DNA of 64,000 nucleotides from Mytilus edulis (Eukaryota): NCBI RefSeq assembly GCF_963676685.1, contig NC_092349.1, positions 49,352,001 to 49,416,000 of the forward strand, read 5' to 3'. Shown piece by piece: positions 14,201 to 27,417 of this stretch (position 1 is its first letter; each line of letters starts with the position of its first letter). The notes under the pieces were generated by a model. It saw only the letters and a program-made list of their open reading frames with translations, ran no database searches and was not told where the DNA came from. The position numbers and the translations under genes were made by a program.

Positions 14201-17200
14201 GAATTAGACTTGTTTTAATACCAATTCTGATAAAATTGTGTTAGTACTTTACTTAAAATACAACTATAAAATACATTAAAACCCAGATCGGAGTCCGATA
14301 TTATAATGGTAAAATTAAAAAAAAAACGTTCAATATATATCATCACCCATTTTTTTACCTTATTCCTGAAATCATTATATTTATTTACTCTCTTTACCAA
14401 TATGCTTTTTTGTCTATGCAAATACGATACATTAATTCTACTAAATACACAATAAATAACAATACATTTAAACGTTGCTTTCAATGAAATATCAGGTTAC
14501 TGTCGTTAAACCATGCTTAACTTGTCTTATGCTATGCTTCTTCCTTCGCCATGAATACATAGATAATTTACATACTTAAGAATTTTTTATGAAAAAAAAG
14601 TAAATTGTTTTACCTACCTCACCTGACCCTTGGCACACTTTCTGTCTTAAACACTTAGTAATATCTGGTTCACTGTCACAGAATAAGCAGGTAGGGCCTA
14701 TAATTATCAATGAAATTGACCAGGTAAATAATTCAAAATTAAGATTTGTACCTCCTTCACGCAAAACTTTGATTCCTTGCCAGGCTTTAGTAATTTGTGG
14801 AGAGGTGTGTCATCCTTTTAATAAGATTTGGATTTTAAAATAGTTTGACCTCGCGCATCACTGAAGAGACATTGATTGTCGAAATGCACAGCTGGTGCAG
14901 AAAACTGGTACCGTTTACATACCATCGCAAAGGTCGATACCTCAGCTGGTGGAATGATAGTCCCTGAGGATCTCAACATTCCAGAAGATTTTGTGTTATC
15001 CAAATTTGATGGTACAAAATTGAGTGTATCTCCTTCATGGAAAGCTCTTACTGCTTGTTCAGGTTTGGCTATACTTTGTACATTGGTACCGTTTATGTTA
15101 TTGAGGAAGTTGTTAAACAATATATCATTGTTAATTTAAAATTGATTATTTGATCGGTTCACAACTAGGTCTTCACAACAAGGTGACAACCAATAATGTT
15201 ATACTCGTCGTCGCCATAATTCCGCTCTTATCTTCTTGTTTGTTTCATTGCATAATGTGACTTATCTTCTCAAAAATAACACGTTCCAATGGATTCAGCA
15301 TGGACATAACTATGCAGTTATTTTGGCACGTTTTGTCCATGGGAACTAGCAGTAGTAGTTTTTCTTCAAGAGTACACAGATTCATTCGGCTTTACTGTAT
15401 TACCTTGACTGTATTTGGTGAAATGGCTTAGGAATACTATGTCCTTAATGCTCTTGAATTTTGTGATTTTTTTGAACTTTTTTATTAAAGCGTGACTGAT
15501 GGCTTTTTTCCGGACAAAACGAGCGTCTAACGTATTGTAAATCTGGTATCGATAATGAGTGTATTTCCTTTTAGGTGTTGATCTGCCCTTCATCGACCTT
15601 GGTCGGGTGGTCTTTGTCAACTTTTTTCTTACGATTCTACTTTTATGAATACATTTATATTAATGTAAGCATTCGATACTTTAACCTATAATGGTTTACT
15701 TTTTAAATTGTTATTTGTATGGAGAGTTGTCTCATTGGCACTCACACCACATCTTCCTATATCTATCTATGATTTTTTAATACATGATTTCCTTTTTAAT
15801 AAAACAGGCCAAGAAGATGTTTGGAGAAACATAAGTAACACTTACGACCGGTACATAAATGTGCATTACATGGAATTCTATTCTTAGCAGCTGTATTACA
15901 GCACTGTGCACAGAGTACCGACGTCCTCCGTGATCGACTGATGTCATCTCTTCTCCCTACGGCATTTCCTAACAAATCACAAACCTTAAATACAATGAAA
16001 TATTTTTTGACATTAATGTGACAGCCATCAGCGTGTTTACTGTTTTCATTATTTCACTATTTGCTAAACTGAGGACCGCACCGTGGAACTGGTTGTATCG
16101 TGTTTTTCTTTAGGAATGTGTTAAGTCGTTTGGTACCCCGTCCGGCGCAAAGCAACAACTTCAACATGTTTATATATACCTAAACACTAAACATTATGCA
16201 TAAGAGAATGAGACAAGCATGCCTGGATTGGAACCATTATGTGTCTGAGTAGGTTTAAATATGTCTTTCAGTTTGCGGTTCGATAAATAGGGTTTACATT
16301 TCACATCAACATGTTATTGTCCGTGAAGGCATGTTATTTTTGAAACTGGGCCCTTAACACAAAATCATCATCGTCATCTGGATCTTGGATATAGAAATCG
16401 ATATAGTCGAAAACGAGAGTAGCGAACATCATTAATGTCGTAATCTTTTAATTTTATAGGCAAAGTGTTATTTTGCTTACCCCTTTTGCCCGGCAGCCTG
16501 CAGAATAAACTACAGCAGAGTTTTGCAATGTGGATTTGTCAAAGAAGCAATCCTAAAATAAAACAAGAAAGCCCTTTCAAGCCTTTATAAATGGATAATT
16601 GAACTTTCCAGAAATTATTTATATGAAAAGTTTCTACAATGTAAGTTTTATATTTTTAATCGACATGACAGAGATCAGTGGTTCCATACAAGTCATAAGA
16701 AGAAACGTCTATTTGTTGCAGAATATTCTTCGTGGTTTCACCAATTGATAATACAAAAAATAATATCTGCAAAGCATATGACCCTGATACCCTAGCGTTG
16801 ATATCACCCCGAGGGTCTGACAATGTGTTGTGCGATTGTTTGATAATGTGCGGGTATGTGGATTTGTGTAAATTGTTTTCTTTATCGTTCTTGCTTTTGG
16901 TGGGGTTCGTGTTGCTTATTCTTTAGTTTTCTATGTTGTGTCATGTGTTCTATTGTTTGTTTGTTTGTCTGTATGTCTTTTTCATTTTTAGCCATGACGT
17001 TGTCAGTTTATTTTCGATTTATGAGTTTGACTGTCCCTCTAGTATCTTTTGTCCCTCTCTTATATAGGTTTTTGTTTACTTGTTTATCGTTGACATTCAT
17101 TCCAAAAACCAAACCTTTCTCATATATAACTTCTATATATAGTTTAATATGAATTATTTTAAAAGAAGTTTGTGATAAGGAGGCTATCTTTTATGCTACG

Positions 17201-18901
17201 TTTTTTTTTGTCTGCTTTGGTTATAAGGAAAATACAGTACAGTTAAATATTTTGATGCTTAAATACCAGCTAGTGAAACAAAAATGGCTTCATTGTTGTC
17301 AACTAAGACTTAAATTCGAAATCAACTTCCAATAGATATAAGAAAAATTATTGTATCCCTAGCCTGTTATAAATTTTATTTCAGATATTTGAAATGAACT
17401 CTGAATTCAAATGTTTACCTCTAGTCCATCCCGACATTCTACTTGATGTGTCAAACACCTGGATCTGTCAGATTCGCTGTGACATGATAAACATGTTAGA
17501 CCTGTAATATAAATTGAATTATATTTTCACATTGTGACATCATTCTGGTATACAATAATTTCACGTAGAAATGACGTATTTTTTTTTAATTTTAGCATTA
17601 TATTTGCCATTTGAAAATTTAAGCCGATTACAAATGTCATCTATTTTTTTTTTTTTTTAATTCAATCATAAAGGTGTTTTTACTGTATTATTTCTTGTTG
17701 TATATCTAAATTTCGTTATTATTTATCCTCCTCCTCCTCCTCCTCCTCCTCTTCCTCTATAGAATTAATACTTTATCGACAGTTCCCAGATTCAACAGCT
17801 AGGGTATAGATTTCTCAAAGAGGTTCTTTATTTCTATATTCTCCAGCTTCTCAGGCCATTATCTCAATTCTTGTTTGTATTTCAGCACCCCGTGTTTTAT
17901 ATTCTTCATTTATTTTGGCAAATTTTTCTCTGCTCTTTTATCCCCTTTTATTCTGCTCTGTGTGTCCATAATTTTTTATTCTGTAAAACCCCATTCAGAC
18001 CCTCATGATAAAAAGTAAAAGTATTCAATTTACCGATTTCCATTAGTGTAGGAATATTATACGAAAATGAATTGAAGCATATATTATCATACCCAATGAA
18101 CTCTTCCATATGATTGACGTTACAGTAACAAAAAGAACTGAAATGATGAATAAAAAGCTGTGATAATGCGTTCACATTATTTTCCATGTCTTATACTATG
18201 TTACACAAAATAATACTTAGTAATAGATTAGAGAACAATTGAAGGTCTTTCCACTACTTAAAAGTTTTTATTGATGAATATATTTAAATGCAGTTGAAAA
18301 TGTCATTTCCAGTGTCAAATGACAGTTCATTGTAAGCTAATTCAAAAAATGTATGTTTTTTTGTTACCCCCGGTCTGAAAAATGTAACTTCCGGTATTCA
18401 TTGATAGTTTATTTGACACAGTTTTCAAAAATATGTTGTTCTAAACTTTTACATAAAATAAGTACAAATATACTCACTTCCGGTTAACACAAGGTCACTT
18501 CCGGTTTGCCTTTTTTCAAAGTCATCTGGCTTGTAACCTAATGCACAAAGTCCTATATGCCTTTATGATGTATAAATATAGGTCAAAATCTAGAACGTCA
18601 AATTAACATATGACCTTGACCTTATTTTGAAGGTTATAAACAAAGGACTTCAAATCAAAAGACCCGAGGTCTTTTATATGTATGGTTATTTTAAAAGTTG
18701 CAAATGTTTATCACTATACGATCCTTTACCATAGTTCTAAATGTCAGAGGCCTGAGGCAAAAACTCCCAATTTCTATCTACGCATCCTTTCAACCAAAAT
18801 TTATGAGTTACGACATATTGCAAATGACAATATATTAAAAACGGTCAATATCTTTATACAGTATACGATCTATCATACTTACATATATATGATAGTACCA
18901 T
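5222..18901 (-). CDS. Secreted Cys-rich protein with three Ly6/uPAR (three-finger)-like domains, 12 coding exons, 331 aa
   Basis: Exons 18901-18883, 18137-18093, 17501-17419, 16552-16481, 15984-15846, 14697-14618, 14187-14116, 11702-11552, 9843-9752, 8343-8275, 5890-5752, 5256-5222. All introns are GT-AG with matching phases, 996 nt total. Signal peptide MVLSYIFLFVTVTSIIWKSSLG, then three repeats of CxxC..C..C / xC..GC / VCD..G[KR]R..CxxCC..CN..C. AATAAA lies just downstream (~5191-5203). Confidence 0.88.
5985..6272 (+). mobile_element. Hammerhead repeat family A copy, disrupted by an internal inverted copy
   Basis: The core GAGCGTCACTTATGAGTCTTTTGTAGAC is interrupted at ~6135 by an inverted segment (to ~6211), then resumes AAAACGCGCGTCTGGCGT. 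Confidence 0.75.
6366..7113. repeat. Perfect 88-bp direct repeat (6366-6453 and 7026-7113)
   Basis: CATAAATAAAAGTAG...GATATGTATGTA is identical at a 660-bp offset. Confidence 0.9.
7690..8210 (+). repeat. Dispersed repeat family B (GATGTGGTATGAGTGCCAATGAGACAAC...)
   Basis: Homologous to 22918-23480. Shorter copies at 12205-12260, 25970-26050 and 15683-15765 (reverse). Confidence 0.75.
10300..10850. mobile_element. Non-autonomous element: long hairpin plus IR-bounded module (Crypton-like architecture)
   Basis: Imperfect hairpin at ~10310-10432, then a module bounded by TTTATTATATGACT...AGTCATATAATAAA. Confidence 0.45.
12252..12440. repeat. Minisatellite, 36-bp unit x~5
   Basis: Unit TTGTAAAAGGAAACCATTACAGGTCAAATTACAGAT, amplified from an internal segment of repeat family B. 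Confidence 0.9.
14855..14898 (+). ncRNA. Minimal type I hammerhead ribozyme, second family, probably inactivated
   Basis: GCATCA-CTGAAGA-GACA-TTGAT-TGTC-GAAA-TGCACA-GC-TGGTGC. Core and stems I/II are present, but the UH cleavage dinucleotide is GC. Confidence 0.65.
17727..17757. repeat. (CCT)n microsatellite
   Basis: TCCTCCTCC... run. Confidence 0.85.
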
Positions 18902-19459
18902 TTTGTGAAACCTAAAACAAAATGTAAAACCGTATGATATATTTGCTGAACATAAAACACAATACTAACGATTTTGGGCAACCAAAAAAAAATATGTACA
19001 AAAAATATATGTACATGTAACTATTGTATCCCAATTATTTTTTCATCAGTGTTCAAAAAGAGATATAATGTTTTTTTGTAAACTCCGTCCGGACCCTCGT
19101 GTGTCAATTTGAAAAAATAAGTAAATATAACGTACAACTGTTACAAGTGTCTGGATTAGGGGAGGTCCTTTATTTCTCTATTGTTTAACTTTTTGACATG
19201 TTTCACTGTTCTTTATAAAAAAAAATTCCATTATTCTATATTCTTTATAATTTTGCTCATTTTTCTGTTTATATTGTTTTTCGGTCAATTGGCGGTTCTC
19301 TATTCTTGAAATGTTTTCCCATTATTCTCTATACTGTAAACATGTAAACCTCGGGCATATATTACCTTAGCTGTATTTGGTAAAACATTTAGGAATTTTG
19401 GTTCTCAATGCTCTTCAACTTCGTACTTTATTCGGCCTTTTTAACTTTTTTGGATTCGG

Positions 19460-19503
19460 GCGTCACTGATGAGTCTTTTGTAGACGAAACGCGCGTCTGG
19501 CGT
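19460..19503 (+). ncRNA. Minimal type I hammerhead ribozyme (intact core), within family A repeat 19360-19545
   Basis: GCGTCA-CTGATGA-GTC-TTTTGTA-GAC-GAAA-CGCGCG-TC-TGGCGT. Confidence 0.85.
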
Positions 19504-19582
19504 ATATACTAAATTTAGTCCTGGTATCTGTGATGAGTTTATCTACACCCTCAGTTGCATAACTGTTGATGGTATATATATT

Positions 19583-21302
19583 CACTACAAACCATTAAAA
19601 GTCTGAAATGGCCTATATCTGTACTCGACTGTACTGATTTTTACTCGACCAGTCTGAATTCGTCTGAGATTTACTTGATAATACTCGACTGTAGTCTGAA
19701 GCATACTTAACAGTCAGAATGTGTACTTGACCAGTACTTAACCATGTTATACTAGTCTGAACCGTACTCGACCTAGTCTGAACCGTACTCGACCTAGTCT
19801 GAACCGTACTCGACCTAGTCTGAACCATACTCGACCTAGTCTGAACCATACTCGACCAAGTCTTAACCATACTCGACCTAGTCTGAACCATACTCGACCA
19901 AGTCTTAACCAACCTAGACCTATTCTTTGTATCTATCAACTGAATTTTATCATTTTAGGATTTTTTTTAAATAAAAATGAAATTTGAACAACAAATTGAA
20001 ATAAAAAATGTTTTCAATACAGTATTGAAATTAAAATTTTACAATAATCAATCATAATATAACGTCAACACAATATTAATCAACACTTACGTAAAAATAT
20101 ATATCAACTTTTAAAATATAAATAAAACAAGCTGATCACATAATCTAAAAAAATGAATTGTGACTAACAAATGACTAATATTTTCAATATTTATTCAAAA
20201 TTTTATTAATACTTCGGAAATATTTTATGATTACTGGACTATTTTCACCATTAACTTAAACCTAGTAAAGATTTAGTTGAGTTGAATTAATAATGCAGTG
20301 AATGTTTTTTTATTTATATATATATATAAAATAGTATATAAAACAACTTAATAAAATTTAAAAAATGAGAGCTTAATTGTTTTGATTTATTAAACCAAGA
20401 ATTTAATGTAATCATGATAATAGAATTTCCATAGCAATCCTTGATAACCTTTTTAAAAAAAAAAATTTATTCCAAAGTAACAGTAAAAATTTATTTCAAT
20501 TAATTTAAGTAATTTTTTTTTGTCAAATTAACATGGCATACAGAAAGCACTTTAATATGTTCTAATTACCTCAATACATGTGTGTTTTACAGGTAAAAAG
20601 AAATCCCTATTTTATTAAATTCGTGTATTACTTATCTAGTACATACATGTATATTTGAAAGGCCTTGTTATTTAACTTAAACAGGATGTTGCAATTTTGA
20701 ATCAATGTTATTTAGAATTTAATACCTCTGACCAGGTGTGATCTTATTTATGAGTTTGCCACAAGCAGAGGTTATTCTATATATTTCACCACTAATCAGA
20801 AAAATAATTTTATTTATTTATTTAATATTATCCCTTTTTGATATAAGTTTTATATAATATATTTTTTTTCATCCTAAATATAATCATATATATATTTCTA
20901 ATATAAGGTTAAATTTTTTTATAAATTTTGTTGGCTGTTGTTATATATGTCATTAAATAGAAATTTATTTTAAGAAGTTAAAAAAGTAGAGTTTGTTGGT
21001 CTAGTATGGTTCAGACTGGTCGAGTACTGTTCAGACCTTTGGTTAAGTATGGTTCAGACTGAAAAAATAGGTCGAGTTCAAGTCGACAATGGGTTAAGAC
21101 TGTTTCAGACTGGTCGAGTAATAGTTCAGACTATTTTCAACGGCAAAGATAAGGGTCAAGTACGATTCAGTACAGTCAAGTATGGTTCAGACTGGGATCG
21201 AGTAATGTCAAGTAAAAGTCAGACCAATTCAGACTGGTCGAGTAAAAATCAGTACAGTCGAGTACAGATATAGGCCATTTCAGACTTTAATGGTTTGTAG
21301 TG
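19583..21302. mobile_element. Non-autonomous CACTA/CMC (EnSpm-type) DNA transposon
   Basis: CACTACAAACC...GGTTTGTAGTG termini with ~100-bp TIRs, 3-bp TSD ATT on both sides, 21-bp subterminal tandem repeats (GACCTAGTCTGAACCGTACTC) and an AT-rich non-coding interior. Confidence 0.9.
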
Positions 21303-22917
21303 ATTTGATTGACTCTATTTAGATAAGTAAGTATAAATAAAGGCAACAGTAGCATACCGCCGTTCGGAAGTCATAAATCGATTGAGAGAAAACAGATCCG
21401 GGTTACAAACTAAATCTGAGGTACATGTATACTGTACACAGCAACTATAAAAGGAAAACAACGAAACAACAGAAACACTAAAGTGCAACAAAAAAAACGA
21501 CAATGCAACGCACACATAAACGAACTTTAAGATAACAATTGCCATTTTCCTGACTTGGTAAAGGACACTTTAAGAACAAATGGTAGGTTGAACCTGGTTT
21601 TGCGGCTAGCCGAACCTCGCGCCTTAATGGTAATATCAAATATAACACTAAAATGACAACATAACATGACAGGACTACTGTACAAATAAATGAAAGAACA
21701 TTCAGGACAGAGAAATACACAAATAAACATAACAATAGGATATTTAACTTTCTTTGGACTCAGGATGATTAAGTGACAAACACATATGGTTTAGACAATA
21801 TTTTTTGGTGAGATTAAGAGTTGACCTTCAGTTGTCTTTTGGTGACCGTGTTATTTGGTTTCCTTTTTATTTACGTATAATTCATACATTATATAGAAGC
21901 ATAACTTTAAAAATAAATCTCTGAATCTACTTACATCATAGCTGTATAAGTCATAAATAATTTAGTAAAATTATGCAAATAATTACCTTCAATTGGTATG
22001 TCTTATCAGGAATGACATACACTAGTATACAGAGTTGAAAAGATCAAATTGTATATATGCACGATTTTATCAGAGACTGATAGCTTTATGAAAAGATTTA
22101 CATATTTTCTTTTCCCCTTATCTTTTCAGAGACATATTGTATTACATGTCTCTATCTTTTCCACATTGAAAGTTACAAGTGAAATTGAAGAAACCCATTA
22201 ATAAAATTACAATCTCTGCTTGCAATTAACCTAGATGGTCCTATATTTAACTCAATAGGTTAAGGATACCTTAGTCGGTCCGTTCGAATTCAGAACTAAT
22301 ATGCTTAAAATTGGATAATTCGTGTGTGCTGCATTGAACGAGTAGGAGAAGGGTAAGAGTTTTATATGATCCCAACGGAATAAACTGTAACGTGTTAGTG
22401 TGTTCCTTTAGTATGGTGTTTGTGTCATATGGAACTCTTGCCAGGAGTAGTACTAAAGGTCAAAAGAACCTATCTCAACACTTTCAATAAATATAAAAAG
22501 GAGTTGTGATATGATTGTCAATAAGAGAACTCTCCCCAAGAGACCAAATGATACAGAAATTAACAACTATAGGTCACCATACGGCGTTAAACAATGAGCA
22601 AACCCCATACCGTAGTTAAGTTAACTTTTGTGAATTTAAAAAGAATTCTTTATTAAAATAGTATGGAAAAAGCAATTCAGCAAAACCGTTTTATAGAGAG
22701 AAAAGGCTATAGATCAGTGTCAATTACCGGAAAATAAACTGAAATTTGATTTACAATCAGATAGGTTTTTTTTCTAAACGACCAAAAATGATGGAAGATG
22801 TACAGTTCATCCTTAATGCATCACTTATAGATTTCTTAAGGAAAAGTTAGAATTCGATAATCATTACATTTTTAGCAATGACAGAGGTACATACATATCA
22901 TGTATATACTTTATAGA

Positions 22918-23480
22918 TATAAAAGATGTGGTATGAGTGCCAATGAGACAACACTCCATCCAAGTTACAATTTATAAAAGTAAACCATTATAGGTCAAGG
23001 TACGGCCTTTCACACGGAGCCTTGGCTCACACCGAACAACAAGCTATAAAGGGCCCAAAAAAATTACTAGTGTAAAACCATTTAAACAGGGAAACCAACG
23101 GTCTAATCTTTATTAAACCGAGAAACGAAAAAACGTATAAACTACATAAACAGAGGTCAATCACTGTACATCAGATTCCTAACTTAGGACAGGTGCAAAC
23201 ATTTGCAGCGGGATTAAACGTTTAAATGGTTACTGTATCAAACCTTCTCCCTTTTCTGAAACAATAGTATAGCATCACAACATAGAAAGACACACTATAA
23301 AATATCAATTGGAAGACTTGACTCAATCAAAAAACGCAAATTTACACACAATGAACGAATAAATTTGATCTGTGATACCTGAATGCAAATACATAGTTAA
23401 ATGCAAATACATAGTTAATTAAAATTATAAGGGATAAATAATAAAGGTAAAAAGTAAATAAACAGGTATAAACTTAATTT
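22918..23480 (+). repeat. Dispersed repeat family B, long copy
   Basis: Colinear with 7690-8210. Confidence 0.75.
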
Positions 23481-23895
23481 ATGATACCGCTGTGAAATAT
23501 TCAACAATTTTTAGAAAATCATCACTTTTAAAAAAACCTGCGTCATATTATACACAGGTAAATGAAAATAATTTTGTCGAAAATATAAAAAAGAATATTT
23601 GGTAGGAATGCCAATCAGACAACTCTCCACAAGAACCCAAAATGACAGAAATTAACAACTATAGGTCACCGTACGGCCTTCAACAATTAGCTTATTTCTT
23701 CTTCTGTGTGTATAATATTCCGTTTAGAAAAACCAAGAAATGTCTTGTACATAAATAAAATGATCAAACACTTGGTAATATGGGTTGAATATCAACAATA
23801 AAACATTGGTGCTAGATGAAACATCCTGTACTGCTGCTCGAACAGTATTAAAGAAGAAATAAAATAATTTTGATGTTCATAGTACAAAGAAGTGA

Positions 23896-24479
23896 AAAGG
23901 AGTAGGTCCAGTAAGACCCCTTTTTGGCCCCAAAATATAGCAGTTTTACAAAATTGTTAAAATGTAAACTTTGAGTTATTTAATGTAAAGTAGAATGCTT
24001 CTGCTACATAAATATGGGCTGTTTTTGACAATACAATGCACATATATCGGGTACGGGCATCATTAAGTCATGCTAAATTACTGAAATTTTCACAATTTTA
24101 GCATTTTAGTTAAATTTTAGACGGTTTCCGTCTTAAATGAAAGTGGCCGCAATTGTGTTCATTCTTAATATTGAAATGTAAGTTGTATTAGATGATAATA
24201 CATAACATATATAAAGGTTGAGGATGAACACGGATGCGGCCACTTTAATTTTTGACAAAAACTATCTGAAAAGTGACATTTTTTGGCATATTTGATAGAT
24301 TTTTCATATTTAAGCTTGAATTGGACCATTTTTAATGCGCAAATCAGTTAAAATCTTTCACATAAACTAATTTAATCAGTTGAAATAGACGCTTAAGTGT
24401 TTAAAAAGTATCCAAAATCATTCGTCAGATGAACCTGAAATTTGAGGCCGAAATTGGTCCTTACCGGACCTACTCCTTT
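23896..24479. mobile_element. MITE with ~20-bp TIRs
   Basis: AAAGGAGTAGGTCCAGTAAG ... CTTACCGGACCTACTCCTTT. Confidence 0.8.
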
Positions 24480-26626
24480 ATAGTAATTCCTTATAATCAA
24501 GGCAGGTATATAGAAAAGATCCATGTTAACAATAAATAACAAAAAAGCATAACAAATAGTATAAACATGTCAAATTAACAAGAAAGTACTATTTGAGAGT
24601 ACTCGCAGTTACTGACAGCTAGTTAAAAACCAAAACAATTAAAATTAATAATAAAAAATCATGTATCAGACTGAGACTAAAACCAACTAAAACACATCCC
24701 AGAGATTTTTCGTTTGCAAATTCCGAACTTCAATCTATTCACTCCCAAAAGAAAAGGGAGATAGTATCGACCGGCTACCGACCGTGAAATAGCTGTAAAG
24801 CCAGTCAAGGTCGTTAAAAAAATTCCATCATCATCATCATTGACAGAAGTGACAGAAAGAGTTCTAAATGCCAGAATGGAGAAATCGGAGACTTATATCA
24901 TAGGTGGTATTTTTTTGCTCGACTTCAGAAGATGAAAAGAAAAGATTGATATCAAACGAACTAATAATCTGGCATAATGTTTCAAGACACTGTTAAATTC
25001 CAAAAAAACGAAGACACTCAGACAGCCTAGCAAATTCATAAGATGTATCAACAGTTAAATAATTATTTAAAAACAAAAACCCGTCCCCTGTTTCACACAA
25101 TTGACCTACATAATTAGAATTATCACCAGCTTTGTACTTTCATTGCCAACACAACGGTGGCCACATGTGTATGCAGTCGGATCTGCCTACCATTAAGGAG
25201 CACCTTAGATCACCCCAAGTTTAGTAGGGTTTGTGATGCTCAGTCTTTAGTTTCTCATTGTGGTTTTCCTGTACTGTTGTTTGTTTGTGGTTTTTTTACT
25301 TTTATCGCCATGGAGTTGTCAGTCTATTTTTTACTATGAGCTTTTGGTTTCATTGGCCTCTCTTTAAGAAATTATACCTTTGACATTAATTGGGATATTT
25401 GACAATATATCAACAATTACTTTGCTGATTCATTTCAATTAAGATATTGTACAATTTGTTTTTGATTTTAGTTTGAAAGGCCCTTTGGTTATCTTTTGTC
25501 TCTCTTTTATGGACAATAACAGCTGCAAGAAGTCATCTTACATTTTTTATCTTTATGACATATAACCATATTTGCTGGGCCAGATTTTTTGCACTTTATT
25601 CATGTTATATTTTCAACCATGGTGATTTTTCTGTGGTCATAATGCATAGCAACGTGTTTAAATATTTGGCATTAAAAGTATGTTACTTATATTTGGCTAA
25701 GTGGAGCAAGTGGAGCAGCCTGGAACTGATGACCGTTAAGAAGAGTGTTTCCATAACAGTTTGTTTTTCCTTTTTTTTTTAGCCATAGTGTTGCCAGTTA
25801 TATATTCTTCTACTGATGGATTTTAATTTACTTTTGGTAACATCTTTTTTTTTATTTTACAAGTCTCATGGAAAAGTTACATATATAATGAAGGGATCTT
25901 AATATATAAACATATGTATATATATATAGGTCAACGAATACCTCAATATAAAAAATAGAAGATGTGAAATAGGAAGATGTGGTATGAGTGCCAATACGAC
26001 AATTCTCCATCCAAGTCACAATTTATAAAAGTAAACCATTATAGGTCAAGGTGGTATGATTACCAATGAGACAACTTAGACTTCACAAGAGACCAAATGA
26101 AACAGTAATTAACAACTTAATGACAACATATGGCCTTTTACATGAGCAAAGCCCATACTAATGCCCTTTTGATATGTAAGACATAATTGAATTATCAAAC
26201 ATATATAAAGCTGATTTAGTTTTTGAGACTGATAAAAAAACAGTTGACAGTTGTCTTCTTAAAATACTTTATTCTATTCTAAATTATTGTAAAAATATAA
26301 ATGTGCAATATGTAATGCTTTCAATTGACAATATATAAAAATATTTATGAACACATTTTAACAATAGTCTTAAAAAAATACTATTTGTACTGCCTGCCAA
26401 TAAAATATTCTTTTTAATTTAAAGAGATTTTACAAAGATGTTTGTTTATATTTTCATTGATTTTTGTATAAAACTTTGAGATCAATATATATATTATTCC
26501 TTTTATCTGGACAAACAACTTTCCCAAAATATGTATTCTGGAATGTGACATTTGTGAATGTGAATTATGTTCTATGTATTCTGGAATGTGACATTTGAAT
26601 GAGAATTATATTCTATGTATTCTGGA

Positions 26627-26930
26627 ATAATTTAATTTTGGATGTAACACGTCTTCTGATTGGCTGACATAATTTTGTTATGAGCCCATAGACATAATTT
26701 AGTCATGTGACCGTGACGTCATCAACGTTTTTTCATGTTTTTCTAAGGTTTAAAATGGAATTTAGAATTAAATTATTAGAAATGACTGTAATATTTTTTC
26801 TGTCTATTCGAAATAACATAAAAAATGTGATGCACACTGTTAAATAACCCGCTACGCGCGTTATTCAGTGTGCACCAAATTTTTTATGTTATTTCTTCAT
26901 AGACAGAAAAATTATTACAGTCATTCCTTA
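26627..26930. mobile_element. Non-autonomous IR-module plus long hairpin element (Crypton-like), inserted in a ~43-bp tandem repeat
   Basis: ATAATTTAATT...AATTAAATTAT module containing TGACGTCATCAAC, then a ~150-bp hairpin (26777-26930). The flanking minisatellite resumes after it. Confidence 0.55.
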
Positions 26931-26971
26931 AATGTGACATTTGAATGTGAATTATGTTCTAGAACTCAAAC

Positions 26972-27417
26972 TACTGTGGATTCATTCACTTTCATGGGTA
27001 CCAAGGAGGTCTCATTGGGGGTTCTGATCCCGGATTCCGCTTATTGTTTTGTCAGATTCCCATATCCCGCTTACGCTATGTACGTAAGCAATTCTCATTT
27101 TTTTATCATTTCCCGGGTCCCGCTAGACCTCATTTCCCGTTTTCACGACACAATAATTTGACTTTCACATGTCACGCTTACAAAAAAATCGACAATCACA
27201 CGTCACACTTAGACCCCAATGAGACCCACTACCAATTTTCGTGGATAAAGGAAAACTTACATGTAGGTTCCGTGATATTTAACTTCATGGTTTTGCTGAT
27301 GTCTGCATACAAGCCTATAGAAAAAATCTTATTTGTTGGACAATTTATTTTGTGGTTAATCTGTACCCACGAAATCCACAAAGATTGGTATCCACAAATA
27401 ATAGTGAACTCACAGTA
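26972..27417. mobile_element. Tc1/mariner-like MITE containing a nested second MITE (27006-27229)
   Basis: Outer termini TACTGTGGATTCA...TGAACTCACAGTA, with a related copy at 34434-34642. Inner TIR is GGTCTCATTGGGG/CCCCAATGAGACC, flanked by duplicated TACCAA. Confidence 0.7.

Noticed and set aside
14818-15139. Overlapping ORFs 14818..15120 and 14876..15139
   Set aside because: They are intronic, overlap a hammerhead repeat, and have no recognisable domain or fitting splice sites.
19613-21273. ORFs 19613..19939 and 21049..21273 with SSMVQTR repeats
   Set aside because: They are translations of the 21-bp subterminal repeats and TIRs of the CACTA element.
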